DNA from: Patescibacteria group bacterium
Lineage (GTDB): Bacteria; Patescibacteriota; Minisyncoccia; Minisyncoccales; Staskawiczbacteraceae
DNA length: 59,755 nt
Direction of reading: 5' to 3'
Assembly (NCBI GenBank): GCA_038065755.1
Contig: JBBTQJ010000031.1
Coordinates: forward strand, 1-59,755
Shown here: piece by piece, positions 7,580 to 16,803 of the stretch
Position numbering within the stretch: position 1 is the first letter of the stretch
Layout of the letters: every line of letters starts with the position of its first letter
Notes under the pieces: generated by a model
What the model saw: the letters and a program-made list of their open reading frames with translations, nothing else
Told to the model about the DNA's origin: nothing
The model's database searches: none
Program-made: the position numbers and the translations under genes

Positions 7580-9400
7580 ATGCAAAAGCTTAATTTTCTT
7601 CTTGTTATGCCGCGTCTTACGCAAAACGTTGGCGACGGTTATATTTTTCCATTGGGCGTTGCCTATATTTCTTCAAGTATGAAGAAGGCGGGATTTAATG
7701 TATTTACCCTGAATTTAAATCATCAAGGGGGAGATGTTTTTGATGTTATTAAAAATATAATTGAAAATAACAACATAGACGTGGTTGCAACTGGGGGAAT
7801 TTCTCCCCAATACCACCTTGTTAAAAGCATCATAGAGTCGGCAAGGCGGGTAAATAGTAACATTGTGACCATTGTTGGCGGAGGTATTATTACTACCGAG
7901 CCCGAAATAGCCATGGAAGCGTTAAAATTTGCTGATTTTGGCGTGATTGGCGAGGGTGAAATAACTATGTGCGAACTCGCTATCGCTTTGGAAAATAGCG
8001 GTAATTTTTCAGAAATTGAAGGAATTATATTTAAAGATGGCGCTAACCTTAAAAGAACGAATCCGCGCAAGGATATTGAAAATATTGGACTAATTCCCTG
8101 GCCGGATTATGAAGGGTTTGATATTGAAAAGTATATTGACGGCCCGTCGGCCGAATTTACAGGATTAAATAAAAAACGGGCAATTTCTATGATGGGGAGC
8201 CGTTCTTGTCCTTTTAACTGTACTTTTTGCTGTCATACAACCGGTAAAAAATATCGCCAGCGGCCTCTTGATGATTTTTTTGCCGAACTGGATCATCTGG
8301 TTTCTAAATATAAAATAGAATATGTTTTTATGGCTGACGAGCTATTCGTGCCAAATTTTGTCTGGGTAAAAGAATTTTGCGATCGCATTAAAGAATATAA
8401 TATTTCCTGGTATGCGAGCTATAGGGTAGATACCTTAAAGCCGGAATTTCTTTTAATGATGAAAGACAGCGGTCTTAATGTTTTGAACTTTGGTCTAGAA
8501 AGCGCTGACAACGGAATTTTAAAAAGTATGCGCAAAGGCATTACAATTGAACAAATTGAAAAAACCCTTAAAGCAGTTTATGGATCCGGAATAGTCGTTT
8601 ACGGCTCTTTTATATTCGGCGACATTGAAGAAACAATTGAAACAGCGCGCGCCACCTTGAAATGGTGGCGGGAGCATTCTGAGTATCATATTCACTTGTC
8701 GCTGATTAAGCCCTTTCCGGGTTCTTATATTTACAAATATGCCTGCCAAAAAGGAATTATAAAAGATCCAATACAATATCTTAAAGACGGCTGTCCTCAA
8801 GTTAATATTTCAAAAATGAACAATGCGGAGTTTGCAGAAGTTGTCCGTTATACCTCTGAATCTTCAAACTCATCAAGGTCGTTAGATTCAGTTGAGCTGT
8901 TGGAAATAAATCCGCAGATGGGGCGTGAAACAATATCCGCCGTTTGCCCTAAATGCCTGCAAAAAAACACCTGGGAAAATATCAAGTTGTTTGCCATCAA
9001 CTACATTTATTGCTCAAATTGCGGACAAAAATACGACATTCCCTATCCGATTCAGCTTCAGGATAACATAAACAAGAATATTTCTGTTTTATTGGAAAAA
9101 TACGGAAAGGTCGCTTTTTGGGGGATGACATTCCCGGTTATGAATCTGTTTAAACAATCAAAAATACTTCATAATAAAAATGTATTTGCAGTAGACATTT
9201 CAGAAAGTAAAAGGCAAATGGACTTGTACGGTAAAAAAATATACACTCCGGCCATATTGGGAAAAGAAGATATTCGGGTTGTGGTAATTGCCGTTCCATC
9301 ATCTGGCGGACAAATATCATGCCAGATTAAAGAAAATCACCCGGAAGTAACGGAAATAATTGATATTTGCCGGCTGGTAGATTTTAATTCGGTAGTTTAA
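7580..9400 (+). CDS. cobalamin-binding-domain (class B-like) radical SAM enzyme with C-terminal zinc-ribbon and small Rossmann-like domain
   Basis: 606 aa. The N-terminal B12-binding-like domain runs LLVMPRL...PLGVAYISS...VVATGG. The radical-SAM motif is CPFNCTFC. A CPKC...CSNC ribbon is followed by KVAFWGMT...VFAVDISESK...VVVIAVP. Confidence 0.8.
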   Translation: MQKLNFLLVMPRLTQNVGDGYIFPLGVAYISSSMKKAGFNVFTLNLNHQGGDVFDVIKNIIENNNIDVVATGGISPQYHLVKSIIESARRVNSNIVTIVGGGIITTEPEIAMEALKFADFGVIGEGEITMCELAIALENSGNFSEIEGIIFKDGANLKRTNPRKDIENIGLIPWPDYEGFDIEKYIDGPSAEFTGLNKKRAISMMGSRSCPFNCTFCCHTTGKKYRQRPLDDFFAELDHLVSKYKIEYVFMADELFVPNFVWVKEFCDRIKEYNISWYASYRVDTLKPEFLLMMKDSGLNVLNFGLESADNGILKSMRKGITIEQIEKTLKAVYGSGIVVYGSFIFGDIEETIETARATLKWWREHSEYHIHLSLIKPFPGSYIYKYACQKGIIKDPIQYLKDGCPQVNISKMNNAEFAEVVRYTSESSNSSRSLDSVELLEINPQMGRETISAVCPKCLQKNTWENIKLFAINYIYCSNCGQKYDIPYPIQLQDNINKNISVLLEKYGKVAFWGMTFPVMNLFKQSKILHNKNVFAVDISESKRQMDLYGKKIYTPAILGKEDIRVVVIAVPSSGGQISCQIKENHPEVTEIIDICRLVDFNSVV

Positions 9401-9410
9401 CTATAAATAT

Positions 9411-10526
9411 ATGAATAACAAATCAGCCGATGGCTTAATAAGCGTAATAATGCCTTTATACAATGCCGAAAAGTTTTTGGAGAGATCTATTGGAAGCGTG
9501 ATCAATCAGAGTTATAAGAATTTTGAACTCGTGCTTATTAATGATGGTTCAACTGACAATAGCAAGGCAATATGCGATAAGTGGGCGATTTCAGACCGAA
9601 GAATAAAAGTGATATCTCAAGAGCATAACGGGCCGTCAACAGCCAGAAATAATGGAATCAGACGCGCTATGGGAATGTTTGTATTTTTTATTGATGCAGA
9701 CGATTTTATTAATAAAAAAGCATTAGAAACATTAGTTGCAAAATATAATCAATATAACCAGCCCGATTTGGTAATAACAAATTTTTGTAAATTTGAAACC
9801 AATGGAACAATCGTAAACCAAAAAGCAACGCTTGCTTTGGGCGCAGACCCTTTTATAGGAGAAGAGAAGATATTATTAAAGGCAGACATTTCAGCTTATG
9901 TAAGGCATTATCTGAAATATCCAAGCAATCATACAATAAGTTACTGTTGGGGAAAATTATTCAAACTATCCATTATTAAAGACAACAACATCGTTATTAA
10001 TGAAGGCATGTATAGCCTTGAAGATACAATCTTTGTTTTAAAGTATCTTCAACATACTAACAATATTATATTTATCAATAAAGCGCTGTATATATATGTC
10101 TTATACGATAATTATATGTCTGCCAGCATGTTTATTGGTTCTGTAGATACTATGTTAAAAGATTTGGCAATGTTTAAGGCGGAAACGATTCAGTTTTTTA
10201 ATATAATAAACAGAAACACGCCAAATACGGCAAATACAGATATAACCAGGGAGGCAGGCCATGCGCTCACCAATTATTTTATTATTTTTATTGTTCGCGC
10301 CTGCCGAAATGTTACCAAAACCACCAGGAAAAAAACCTGTAATTATGTTTCCGACATCATTAATGCGCCGCTTTTCATAGAAAGCATGAAATGTTACACG
10401 CCCCTTAAGGGCAATAGTAGAATTTTGCCGTTATTATCGAGGCTTAGACTGGTTTATTTGACAGTTTTGTACTGCGAACACAGAGCCCGCAAAAGATACG
10501 GAAAATTAAAAATTAATATATGTTAA
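9411..10526 (+). CDS. family-2 glycosyltransferase
   Basis: 371 aa with ISVIMPLYNAEKFLERSIGSVINQSYKNFELVLINDGSTDNS and a DADD motif. Confidence 0.85.
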   Translation: MNNKSADGLISVIMPLYNAEKFLERSIGSVINQSYKNFELVLINDGSTDNSKAICDKWAISDRRIKVISQEHNGPSTARNNGIRRAMGMFVFFIDADDFINKKALETLVAKYNQYNQPDLVITNFCKFETNGTIVNQKATLALGADPFIGEEKILLKADISAYVRHYLKYPSNHTISYCWGKLFKLSIIKDNNIVINEGMYSLEDTIFVLKYLQHTNNIIFINKALYIYVLYDNYMSASMFIGSVDTMLKDLAMFKAETIQFFNIINRNTPNTANTDITREAGHALTNYFIIFIVRACRNVTKTTRKKTCNYVSDIINAPLFIESMKCYTPLKGNSRILPLLSRLRLVYLTVLYCEHRARKRYGKLKINIC

Positions 10527-11734
10527 AAAAAAATATTATCAATGAAATAAAAAATAAAAAAATGCCTGTTATTATATATGGCGCAGGTATCGTAGGTAAA
10601 GTTTTGCTGTCTATCTGCAAAGAGGAGGGGATTTTGGTTGAGTGTTTTTGCGACAGCAGTGAAAAAGCGATAAAAGAGAAATTTTGCGGCAAAGAAGTGA
10701 TTTTTGCTCCCGATTTAAAAACAAAATATAAAGAAGCAATTTTTTTAATATCTGTTGCCGCCATAAAAGATGCGGCAGATCTTCTTTATGAATTAGGATT
10801 TTCTAATTGGTATGCGGGCGGTTTGTTATTGAAAGAATTAGATATTTTTCAAAGCCATCCTGATGCCTTGATAGACTATCCCAAATATGCAATAAAAACA
10901 TGCATTTTATGCCATGACGGTTATTTAAATCCAGGCAAGTTATTTTTGAGAAGCGTTGATATTATTATCACAGAAAGATGTTCTTTAAAGTGTAAGGGCT
11001 GTTCTAATCTTATGCAATATTATGAAAAGCCCAAGAACTGCGACGCCAGCATGCTATTTAAATCAATAGATGCTTTTTGCGCAGTTTTTGACGAGGTGAT
11101 GGATTTTCGCGTTATTGGCGGGGAGCCGTTTATGAATATAGAGTGGCCGATAATAGTTAAAAAATTAACGGATAATTCCAAAACAAAAAGGGTTGTTATA
11201 TACACAAATGGAACTATTATTCCAAATGAAAAATATATTCCCTATTTAAAAAATGATAAAGCAGTTGTTGTTATTTCAGATTACGGCCCTTTATCAAGGA
11301 ACCTGGCCGGACTAAAACAAATGTTGGAAAAAAATAAAATTGCTCATTATGCGTTGGAAATAACCGATTGGCTTGATTGCTCGGCAATAACGCCGCATAA
11401 TCGCAGTATTGAGGAGAACAGGGAAATATTTAAAAAGTGTTGCGCTAAAAATATGTCTACTTTATCAGACGGGAAATTTTTCAGATGCCCTTATGCGGCC
11501 AATGCCGTAAGATTATCAGCGGTTCCGGACAACAAAAATGATTATATTGATTTATTTCAAGAACCGCTTGACGAAAAAGGCATTCTTATAACGAAGAATA
11601 AAATTAGAGAGTATCTTTCAAATAATAAATATATGCAGATATGTGATTTATGCAACGGAAGGCCATTGTCCGGTTCTTCAATACCGCCAAACATTCAAAC
11701 AGAAAAACCATTATCGTATCATAAATATAATTAA
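10520..11734 (+). CDS. radical SAM protein with N-terminal small Rossmann-like domain
   Basis: 404 aa. VIIYGAGIVGK...VECFCDSSEK at the N-terminus is followed by CSLKCKGC (CX3CX2C). The C-terminus has extra Cys pairs (CCAKN, FRCPY, CDLCNG). Confidence 0.8.
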   Translation: MLKKNIINEIKNKKMPVIIYGAGIVGKVLLSICKEEGILVECFCDSSEKAIKEKFCGKEVIFAPDLKTKYKEAIFLISVAAIKDAADLLYELGFSNWYAGGLLLKELDIFQSHPDALIDYPKYAIKTCILCHDGYLNPGKLFLRSVDIIITERCSLKCKGCSNLMQYYEKPKNCDASMLFKSIDAFCAVFDEVMDFRVIGGEPFMNIEWPIIVKKLTDNSKTKRVVIYTNGTIIPNEKYIPYLKNDKAVVVISDYGPLSRNLAGLKQMLEKNKIAHYALEITDWLDCSAITPHNRSIEENREIFKKCCAKNMSTLSDGKFFRCPYAANAVRLSAVPDNKNDYIDLFQEPLDEKGILITKNKIREYLSNNKYMQICDLCNGRPLSGSSIPPNIQTEKPLSYHKYN

Positions 11735-11743
11735 TAAATTATT

Positions 11744-12235
11744 ATGAATACAAAAGAAGCGATAAAATTTTTAGACAGACAAATTAAAAATCCCAAGCAA
11801 GGCCTGCCAAAAGATATTTTTCTTTTTGCCAGTAAGATTACCCCAATGGTAAATGTTGACCTATTAATTAAAGATGAAAAGGGGCGCACGCTTTTATCTT
11901 GGAGAGACGACGAATATGGTTGCAAGGGGTGGCATTTGCCTGGAGGAATTATAAGGTTTAAAGAAAAAATGGAAACAAGGCTTAAAAAAGTATCAGAAAA
12001 AGAAATTGGCGTTATGGTAAAATTTGACCCTGTCCCAATCGCCATTAATCAAATAATGTGGAAAAAAAATATAAGAGGACATTTTATATCAATATTATAC
12101 AAATGTTTTCTTCCCGGCGGTTTTATTCCTGAAAATAGGGGGCTTTCTAAAAAAAATCAGGGGTATCTTTTTTGGCACGATTCTTGTCCTGGAAATTTTT
12201 TAAAATGCCAAGATATATACAAAAAATATATATAA
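11744..12235 (+). CDS. Nudix-fold protein, NudD/GDP-mannose-mannosyl-hydrolase-like
   Basis: 163 aa. GWHLPGGIIRFKEKMETRLKKVSEKEIG resembles the GDPMH-type box. It is a paralogue of the minus-strand ORF at 3517. Confidence 0.6.
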   Translation: MNTKEAIKFLDRQIKNPKQGLPKDIFLFASKITPMVNVDLLIKDEKGRTLLSWRDDEYGCKGWHLPGGIIRFKEKMETRLKKVSEKEIGVMVKFDPVPIAINQIMWKKNIRGHFISILYKCFLPGGFIPENRGLSKKNQGYLFWHDSCPGNFLKCQDIYKKYI

Positions 12236-12262
12236 AAATAACATTATTAAAAAATAAAAAAT

Positions 12263-13351
12263 ATGCCGATTAATCAACAAAAATTAGAAGAAGAAAAGAG
12301 AAATCGTTTAAAAAGGGCGAAACCCTATGTTTTTGAAAAGATTTCCAAGTTTGTGGAAAAAAATAAGCGGGGAGAAAGCATTGCCATTATTCAATTTCAG
12401 TATAATTTTATTTGTAATTTTTTATGCCAGCATTGTTCCGTAAAAAGATTTCAAGGGAAAGAAAATAAACGGGAATTTACCATTGAAGACGTAAAAAATC
12501 TTTCTCGCCAGGCCGATGAAATAGGTTTGGCAAGATTTGTGATTACCGGCGGAGAGCCGCTTATTTTCAAAGATTTTGACGAATTAGTGGCGGCCATTGA
12601 CCCCCAAAAGTTTTATATCAATGTTGACACTAACGGATGGTTTTTAGACGACAAAAGAGCAAGGCGCTTAAAAGAAATAGGGGTTGACAGAATTCAACTA
12701 AGCTTAGACAGTCTTGACGCCAAAGAGCATGATGATTTTAGAAGGGCTAAAGGTTCTTACGAAAGGGCGATAAAAGCTGTTGATTCAGCTGTAAATGCGG
12801 GGCTGGGAATTTTTGTCCAGACCGTTGTTACAAAACAAAGGCTCCATTCGGAAGAATTTATAGAATTTATTGAGTATTTCAACAATAAGGGCATAGGCGT
12901 ATTTGTAACTTATGCCAAGCCCGTCGGTTCATGGGAGGGAAATTTTGACATTTTGGTTAATAAGGAAGACATAAATTATATGAGCAATGTGCTTGAAAAA
13001 AAATATAATGTTTATACTCACTTAACTCCGGCTTATGGGCTTGATATGGGATGTATAGCAGTTAAAGGAATGATATCTGTAACGCAATACGGAGATGTTT
13101 TGCCATGCCCGTATATTCATACCTCTATTGGAAATGTTTTTAAAGAGCCCTTAAAAGATATAATCAAAAGAGGATTAGATATTAAATACTTTGGCGAACA
13201 CATTGACACCTGCACCATTGCGGAAGACAGGGATTTTATTGATAAATATCTGGTAAAAAAGATTTACGGAAAACCGCTTCCGGTTCCATGCCGCGAAGTT
13301 TTTACAGAAGAAGACAAAACTAAAAATCCTTTTAACGTAAAAGAAATATAA
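12263..13351 (+). CDS. radical SAM protein
   Basis: 362 aa with CNFLCQHC (CX3CX2C), GGEPL, and YGDVLPCPY near the C-terminus. Confidence 0.85.
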   Translation: MPINQQKLEEEKRNRLKRAKPYVFEKISKFVEKNKRGESIAIIQFQYNFICNFLCQHCSVKRFQGKENKREFTIEDVKNLSRQADEIGLARFVITGGEPLIFKDFDELVAAIDPQKFYINVDTNGWFLDDKRARRLKEIGVDRIQLSLDSLDAKEHDDFRRAKGSYERAIKAVDSAVNAGLGIFVQTVVTKQRLHSEEFIEFIEYFNNKGIGVFVTYAKPVGSWEGNFDILVNKEDINYMSNVLEKKYNVYTHLTPAYGLDMGCIAVKGMISVTQYGDVLPCPYIHTSIGNVFKEPLKDIIKRGLDIKYFGEHIDTCTIAEDRDFIDKYLVKKIYGKPLPVPCREVFTEEDKTKNPFNVKEI

Positions 13352-13361
13352 ATTAAAAAAA

Positions 13362-14381
13362 ATGAAGGCAAAAAATGTTTCGGGACAGGCGCCGGGAGGC
13401 AAACGGGTAAAATTGGCGGAAGTTCTTCCTTTAGATACTCCGATATTAGCGCAAATATTTCCAATATATGCCTGCAATTTTAAATGCAATTATTGCACTT
13501 TTTCGGTTGGCTTGAAAGAACGAGGATTTATTTCAGACAAAGTTTCAATGGATTTTGAGTTGTTTAAAAAATGCATTGACGATATGACAAATTTTCCGAA
13601 CAAAATTAAAACTCTGCGTTTTGTGGGAATGGGCGAGCCTCTTTTACATAAAGACATAGCAAAAATGATAGAATACGCGGTTTCAAAAAACATTGCCGAT
13701 AAAGTGGAAATTTTAACAAACGGTTCGCTCCTAACCAGAGAAATATCAGATTCTCTTATAAAAAACGGGCTTTCAAGGCTCCTCATATCTATACAGGGAA
13801 CAACAAAAGAAAAATATAAAGAAGTGAGTAAAATAGATATTGATTTTGATAAATTTGTTGAAAATTTAAGATATTTTTTTGAACAAAGCAGGGGGAAAGC
13901 CCAACTGCATATAAAAATTATAGATTACGCCATAGAGAGCGAAGAAGACGAAAAAAAATTCTACGAAATTTTTGGAGACATTTGCGACACCATAGGCGTA
14001 GAGCATGCTGGCCCCATATTTCCAGGCGTAAATTATGACAGCGTATTAGAAGGGAAAAAATCTGACACCACTCAATTCGGTCTGCCCATTTTTGATGTTA
14101 AAATATGCCCTCAGCCCTTTTTCCATATGCAGATAAATCCAGACGGAAAAGTGGTGCCGTGTTATTCGCTTTATTACCCCATAATTCTGGGAGATTGCAA
14201 TAAAGAGTCGGTATATGGAATATGGAACAGCAAAAAATATAAAGATTTCAGAAGAAAGATGCTTGAGGGCACAGAAAATGTATCTGAAATATGCAAAAAT
14301 TGCGAAATTATCAAGCACAGATTATTTTCAGAAGACCTTTTAAATAATGATGCCGAGCGCCTTAAAAAATTCTACGAATAA
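13362..14381 (+). CDS. radical SAM protein with twitch/SPASM-like tail (paralogue of 6573)
   Basis: 339 aa with CNFKCNYC. KIKTLRFVGMGEPLL parallels KIKLLRVCGNGDPLI of the ORF at 6573. The tail has DGKVVPC and CKNC. Confidence 0.85.
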   Translation: MKAKNVSGQAPGGKRVKLAEVLPLDTPILAQIFPIYACNFKCNYCTFSVGLKERGFISDKVSMDFELFKKCIDDMTNFPNKIKTLRFVGMGEPLLHKDIAKMIEYAVSKNIADKVEILTNGSLLTREISDSLIKNGLSRLLISIQGTTKEKYKEVSKIDIDFDKFVENLRYFFEQSRGKAQLHIKIIDYAIESEEDEKKFYEIFGDICDTIGVEHAGPIFPGVNYDSVLEGKKSDTTQFGLPIFDVKICPQPFFHMQINPDGKVVPCYSLYYPIILGDCNKESVYGIWNSKKYKDFRRKMLEGTENVSEICKNCEIIKHRLFSEDLLNNDAERLKKFYE

Positions 14382-14394
14382 GATTATTAAAATC

Positions 14395-16056
14395 ATGAAA
14401 CTAAGCGATTATTTAGTTAAATATTTGGAAGAAATTACAGACAGCGTTTTTTTGGTTTCAGGAGGAGGCCATATGCATACAGTTGACTCTATTGGAAAAT
14501 CAAAATTAAATGCTTATTGCTGTCACCACGAACAGGCTTGCGCTCTGGCGGCTGAAGGATATTCCAGAATAAACAATGATAAAATCGGAGTGGCGGCTGT
14601 TACTTCGGGCCCTGGAGGAACAAACGCCATTACCGGAGTCGGGTCTGCTTGGGTTGATGGGATTCCCATAATGGTTATTTCAGGGCAAGTAAGAAAAGAA
14701 ATAAAACTTACAAGAGAAGATATACAAATAGGTTTGAGAAGATTGGGCGAGCCTCAGGAAATAAATTTATTAGACTGCGTAAAACCTATTACAAAATATG
14801 CAGTATGCATAGAAAATCCCGATGAAATAAAATATCATCTTGATAAAGCATATTATCTGGCAAAAGAAGGAAAGCCCGGGCCGGTTTGGCTGGAAATTCC
14901 CTTAGACATACAGGCAGCTGAAATCGACGAAAATAATTTAAAAGAATTTGAAGCGCCCAAAAAACAAGTATACGAAATTCCTTTTGAAAAAATTACAGAA
15001 CAGCTTAACAAAGCAAAAAAGCCGCTGATGATTGTGGGAAACGGAATAAGATTGGCCGGCGCAATTCCTCAGTTATGGGAATTTATTGAAAAAACAAAAA
15101 TCAATGTGGTTTCTGCAATGAGCGGAACAGATTTGGTTAATGACGACTATCCTTATTATTTGGGCGAGCAGGGGCTGTCTGGAGTGGAAACCGCCAATTA
15201 CGCAGCTGACAACTGCGACTTATTATTGATAGCAGGAACAAGAATGCAAATCAGAAACACTTCTTTTGAATATAAAAAATTCGCTGAAAACGCCGTAAAA
15301 ATAATGGTTGATATAGACCCGGCTGAATTTTCTAAAAAAACATTAAAAATTGATATTCCCATTATAGCTAATGCCAAAGATTTTTTAGAGGGGCTGTTAA
15401 AGCAGGATATTAAATTAAAAAGATGGGATGTAGAAAAAAAGTCTATTTCTTATGAAGTTAACGATAAATATATTGATATTTATCAGTTTTTGGAAGCTTT
15501 AAGCAACAAGTGCGATTATCCGGTTGTCACTGCAAACGGCATGGCAGCTGAAACCCCTCACCAAGCCTTAAAATTAAAAAAAGGCCAAAGGTTGATTACC
15601 AACACCGCTTTTGGAGAAATGGGTAAGGGCTTGCCAATGGCAATTGGCGCCTCTGTTGCCCTAAATAAAAAATCGGTAATATGTATAGAAGGTGATGGCT
15701 CTATTATGATGAATATGCAGGAACTTCAGACAATAATTTTTCACAAGCTCCCGATAAAAATATTTTTATTAAACAATGATGGATATTATTCCATAAGAAA
15801 TACTCATTTGAAATTTTTTAACAAAATATTTGCCGCAGACGAAAATTCGGGAGTAGGGCTGCCTAACTGGAGCAAGTTAGCCCCTGCCTTTTCAATAAAA
15901 TACGAATCAATAAAAGAAGAAAAAGATTTATATAAAATAAAAGACGTTTTAGATTTTTCAGGTCCTGTTTTTTGCGAGGTCTTTATTGACCCCTATCAAA
16001 AAAAGCTCCCCAAATGGGAAGCCGGCCTTTTAACAAAATTATTAAAAGAGCCATAA
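14395..16056 (+). CDS. thiamine-diphosphate-dependent enzyme of the acetolactate-synthase large-subunit family (YerE-like candidate)
   Basis: I chose the ATG at 14395 (MKLSDYLVKYLEE) because the track start at 14347 overlaps the upstream CDS. The ThDP motif GDG-X24-NN is read directly (GDGSIMMNMQELQTIIFHKLPIKIFLLNN). Confidence 0.8.
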   Translation: MKLSDYLVKYLEEITDSVFLVSGGGHMHTVDSIGKSKLNAYCCHHEQACALAAEGYSRINNDKIGVAAVTSGPGGTNAITGVGSAWVDGIPIMVISGQVRKEIKLTREDIQIGLRRLGEPQEINLLDCVKPITKYAVCIENPDEIKYHLDKAYYLAKEGKPGPVWLEIPLDIQAAEIDENNLKEFEAPKKQVYEIPFEKITEQLNKAKKPLMIVGNGIRLAGAIPQLWEFIEKTKINVVSAMSGTDLVNDDYPYYLGEQGLSGVETANYAADNCDLLLIAGTRMQIRNTSFEYKKFAENAVKIMVDIDPAEFSKKTLKIDIPIIANAKDFLEGLLKQDIKLKRWDVEKKSISYEVNDKYIDIYQFLEALSNKCDYPVVTANGMAAETPHQALKLKKGQRLITNTAFGEMGKGLPMAIGASVALNKKSVICIEGDGSIMMNMQELQTIIFHKLPIKIFLLNNDGYYSIRNTHLKFFNKIFAADENSGVGLPNWSKLAPAFSIKYESIKEEKDLYKIKDVLDFSGPVFCEVFIDPYQKKLPKWEAGLLTKLLKEP

Positions 16057-16076
16057 GTTTTTATTATTTTAGATAT

Positions 16077-16120
16077 CACGATTTTCTACGATCGTAGAAA
16101 ATCGTGACAGCTCGTTTTTT
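16077..16120 (+). repeat. copy B of the 44-nt palindromic intergenic element
   Basis: CACGATTTTCTACGATCGTAGAAAATCGTGACAGCTCGTTTTTT lies 21 nt after the ThDP-enzyme stop. The palindrome is a perfect 30 nt, and there are 2 substitutions relative to copy A. Confidence 0.85.
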
Positions 16121-16152
16121 GAAATATTTTTGAATAAAAATAAAAAAATAAA

Positions 16153-16803
16153 ATGATAAAAAATATTATTTTTGATTTTGACGGAACGCTGGTTGATTCC
16201 AGTCCGGGAATTGTTAAAACTTTCGGACAAATTGCAAAAGAATTAACAACAAACGAAATTACAGAACAGCAAATAACGCAATTAATTGGTTTGCCCTTGG
16301 CAAAGTTTTTAAGCATTCTTTTAAATACAGACGACCATGAAATAATTAACAAGGGCAGTGTTTTGTTTCGGGAATATTACAGCAAAGACGGAATCAATCA
16401 TAATGTCGTTTACCCGGGAATTGAAGAGATGTTAATTTCTCTGAAAAATTTATCTTGCCGGCTTTTTATAGTAAGCAATAGAATAGAATTATTTTTGAAA
16501 AAAATATTAAAACAGCACGGCCTGGAAAAATATTTTGTTTTTGTGCGCGGCACAGACGGAACAGACGCGCAATCTAAAAAAGCAGATTATGTCAAAGACA
16601 TTATTGCAAAATATCAATTAAATAAAGAAGAAACAATTATTGTCGGCGATACAGATGGAGATATTGCAGCCGGAAAAGAAAATTCTATTTATAGCGTCGG
16701 AATAACATGGGGATATGGGGCAGAAGCCGGTCTGATTAAAGCCAAAGCAGATATGATTTGCCGCGCGCCCCAAGAATTGCAACAATTTATTGAAAAAACA
16801 TGA
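16153..16803 (+). CDS. HAD-superfamily phosphatase (phosphoglycolate-phosphatase-like)
   Basis: 216 aa with the FDFDGTLVDS motif I and GDTDGD motif. Confidence 0.8.
   Translation: MIKNIIFDFDGTLVDSSPGIVKTFGQIAKELTTNEITEQQITQLIGLPLAKFLSILLNTDDHEIINKGSVLFREYYSKDGINHNVVYPGIEEMLISLKNLSCRLFIVSNRIELFLKKILKQHGLEKYFVFVRGTDGTDAQSKKADYVKDIIAKYQLNKEETIIVGDTDGDIAAGKENSIYSVGITWGYGAEAGLIKAKADMICRAPQELQQFIEKT

Noticed and set aside
6573-14381. SPASM/twitch radical-SAM genes as RiPP (peptide) maturases.
   Set aside because: No short precursor-like ORF, leader peptidase or transporter typical of RiPP loci is present. The genes are interleaved and overlapping with nucleotide-sugar enzymes and a GT2.
14347-14394. 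Upstream start at 14347 for the ThDP enzyme.
   Set aside because: It overlaps the upstream radical-SAM CDS by 35 nt and adds a non-homologous 16-aa extension. MKLSDYLVKYLEE at 14395 is the typical N-terminus for this family.
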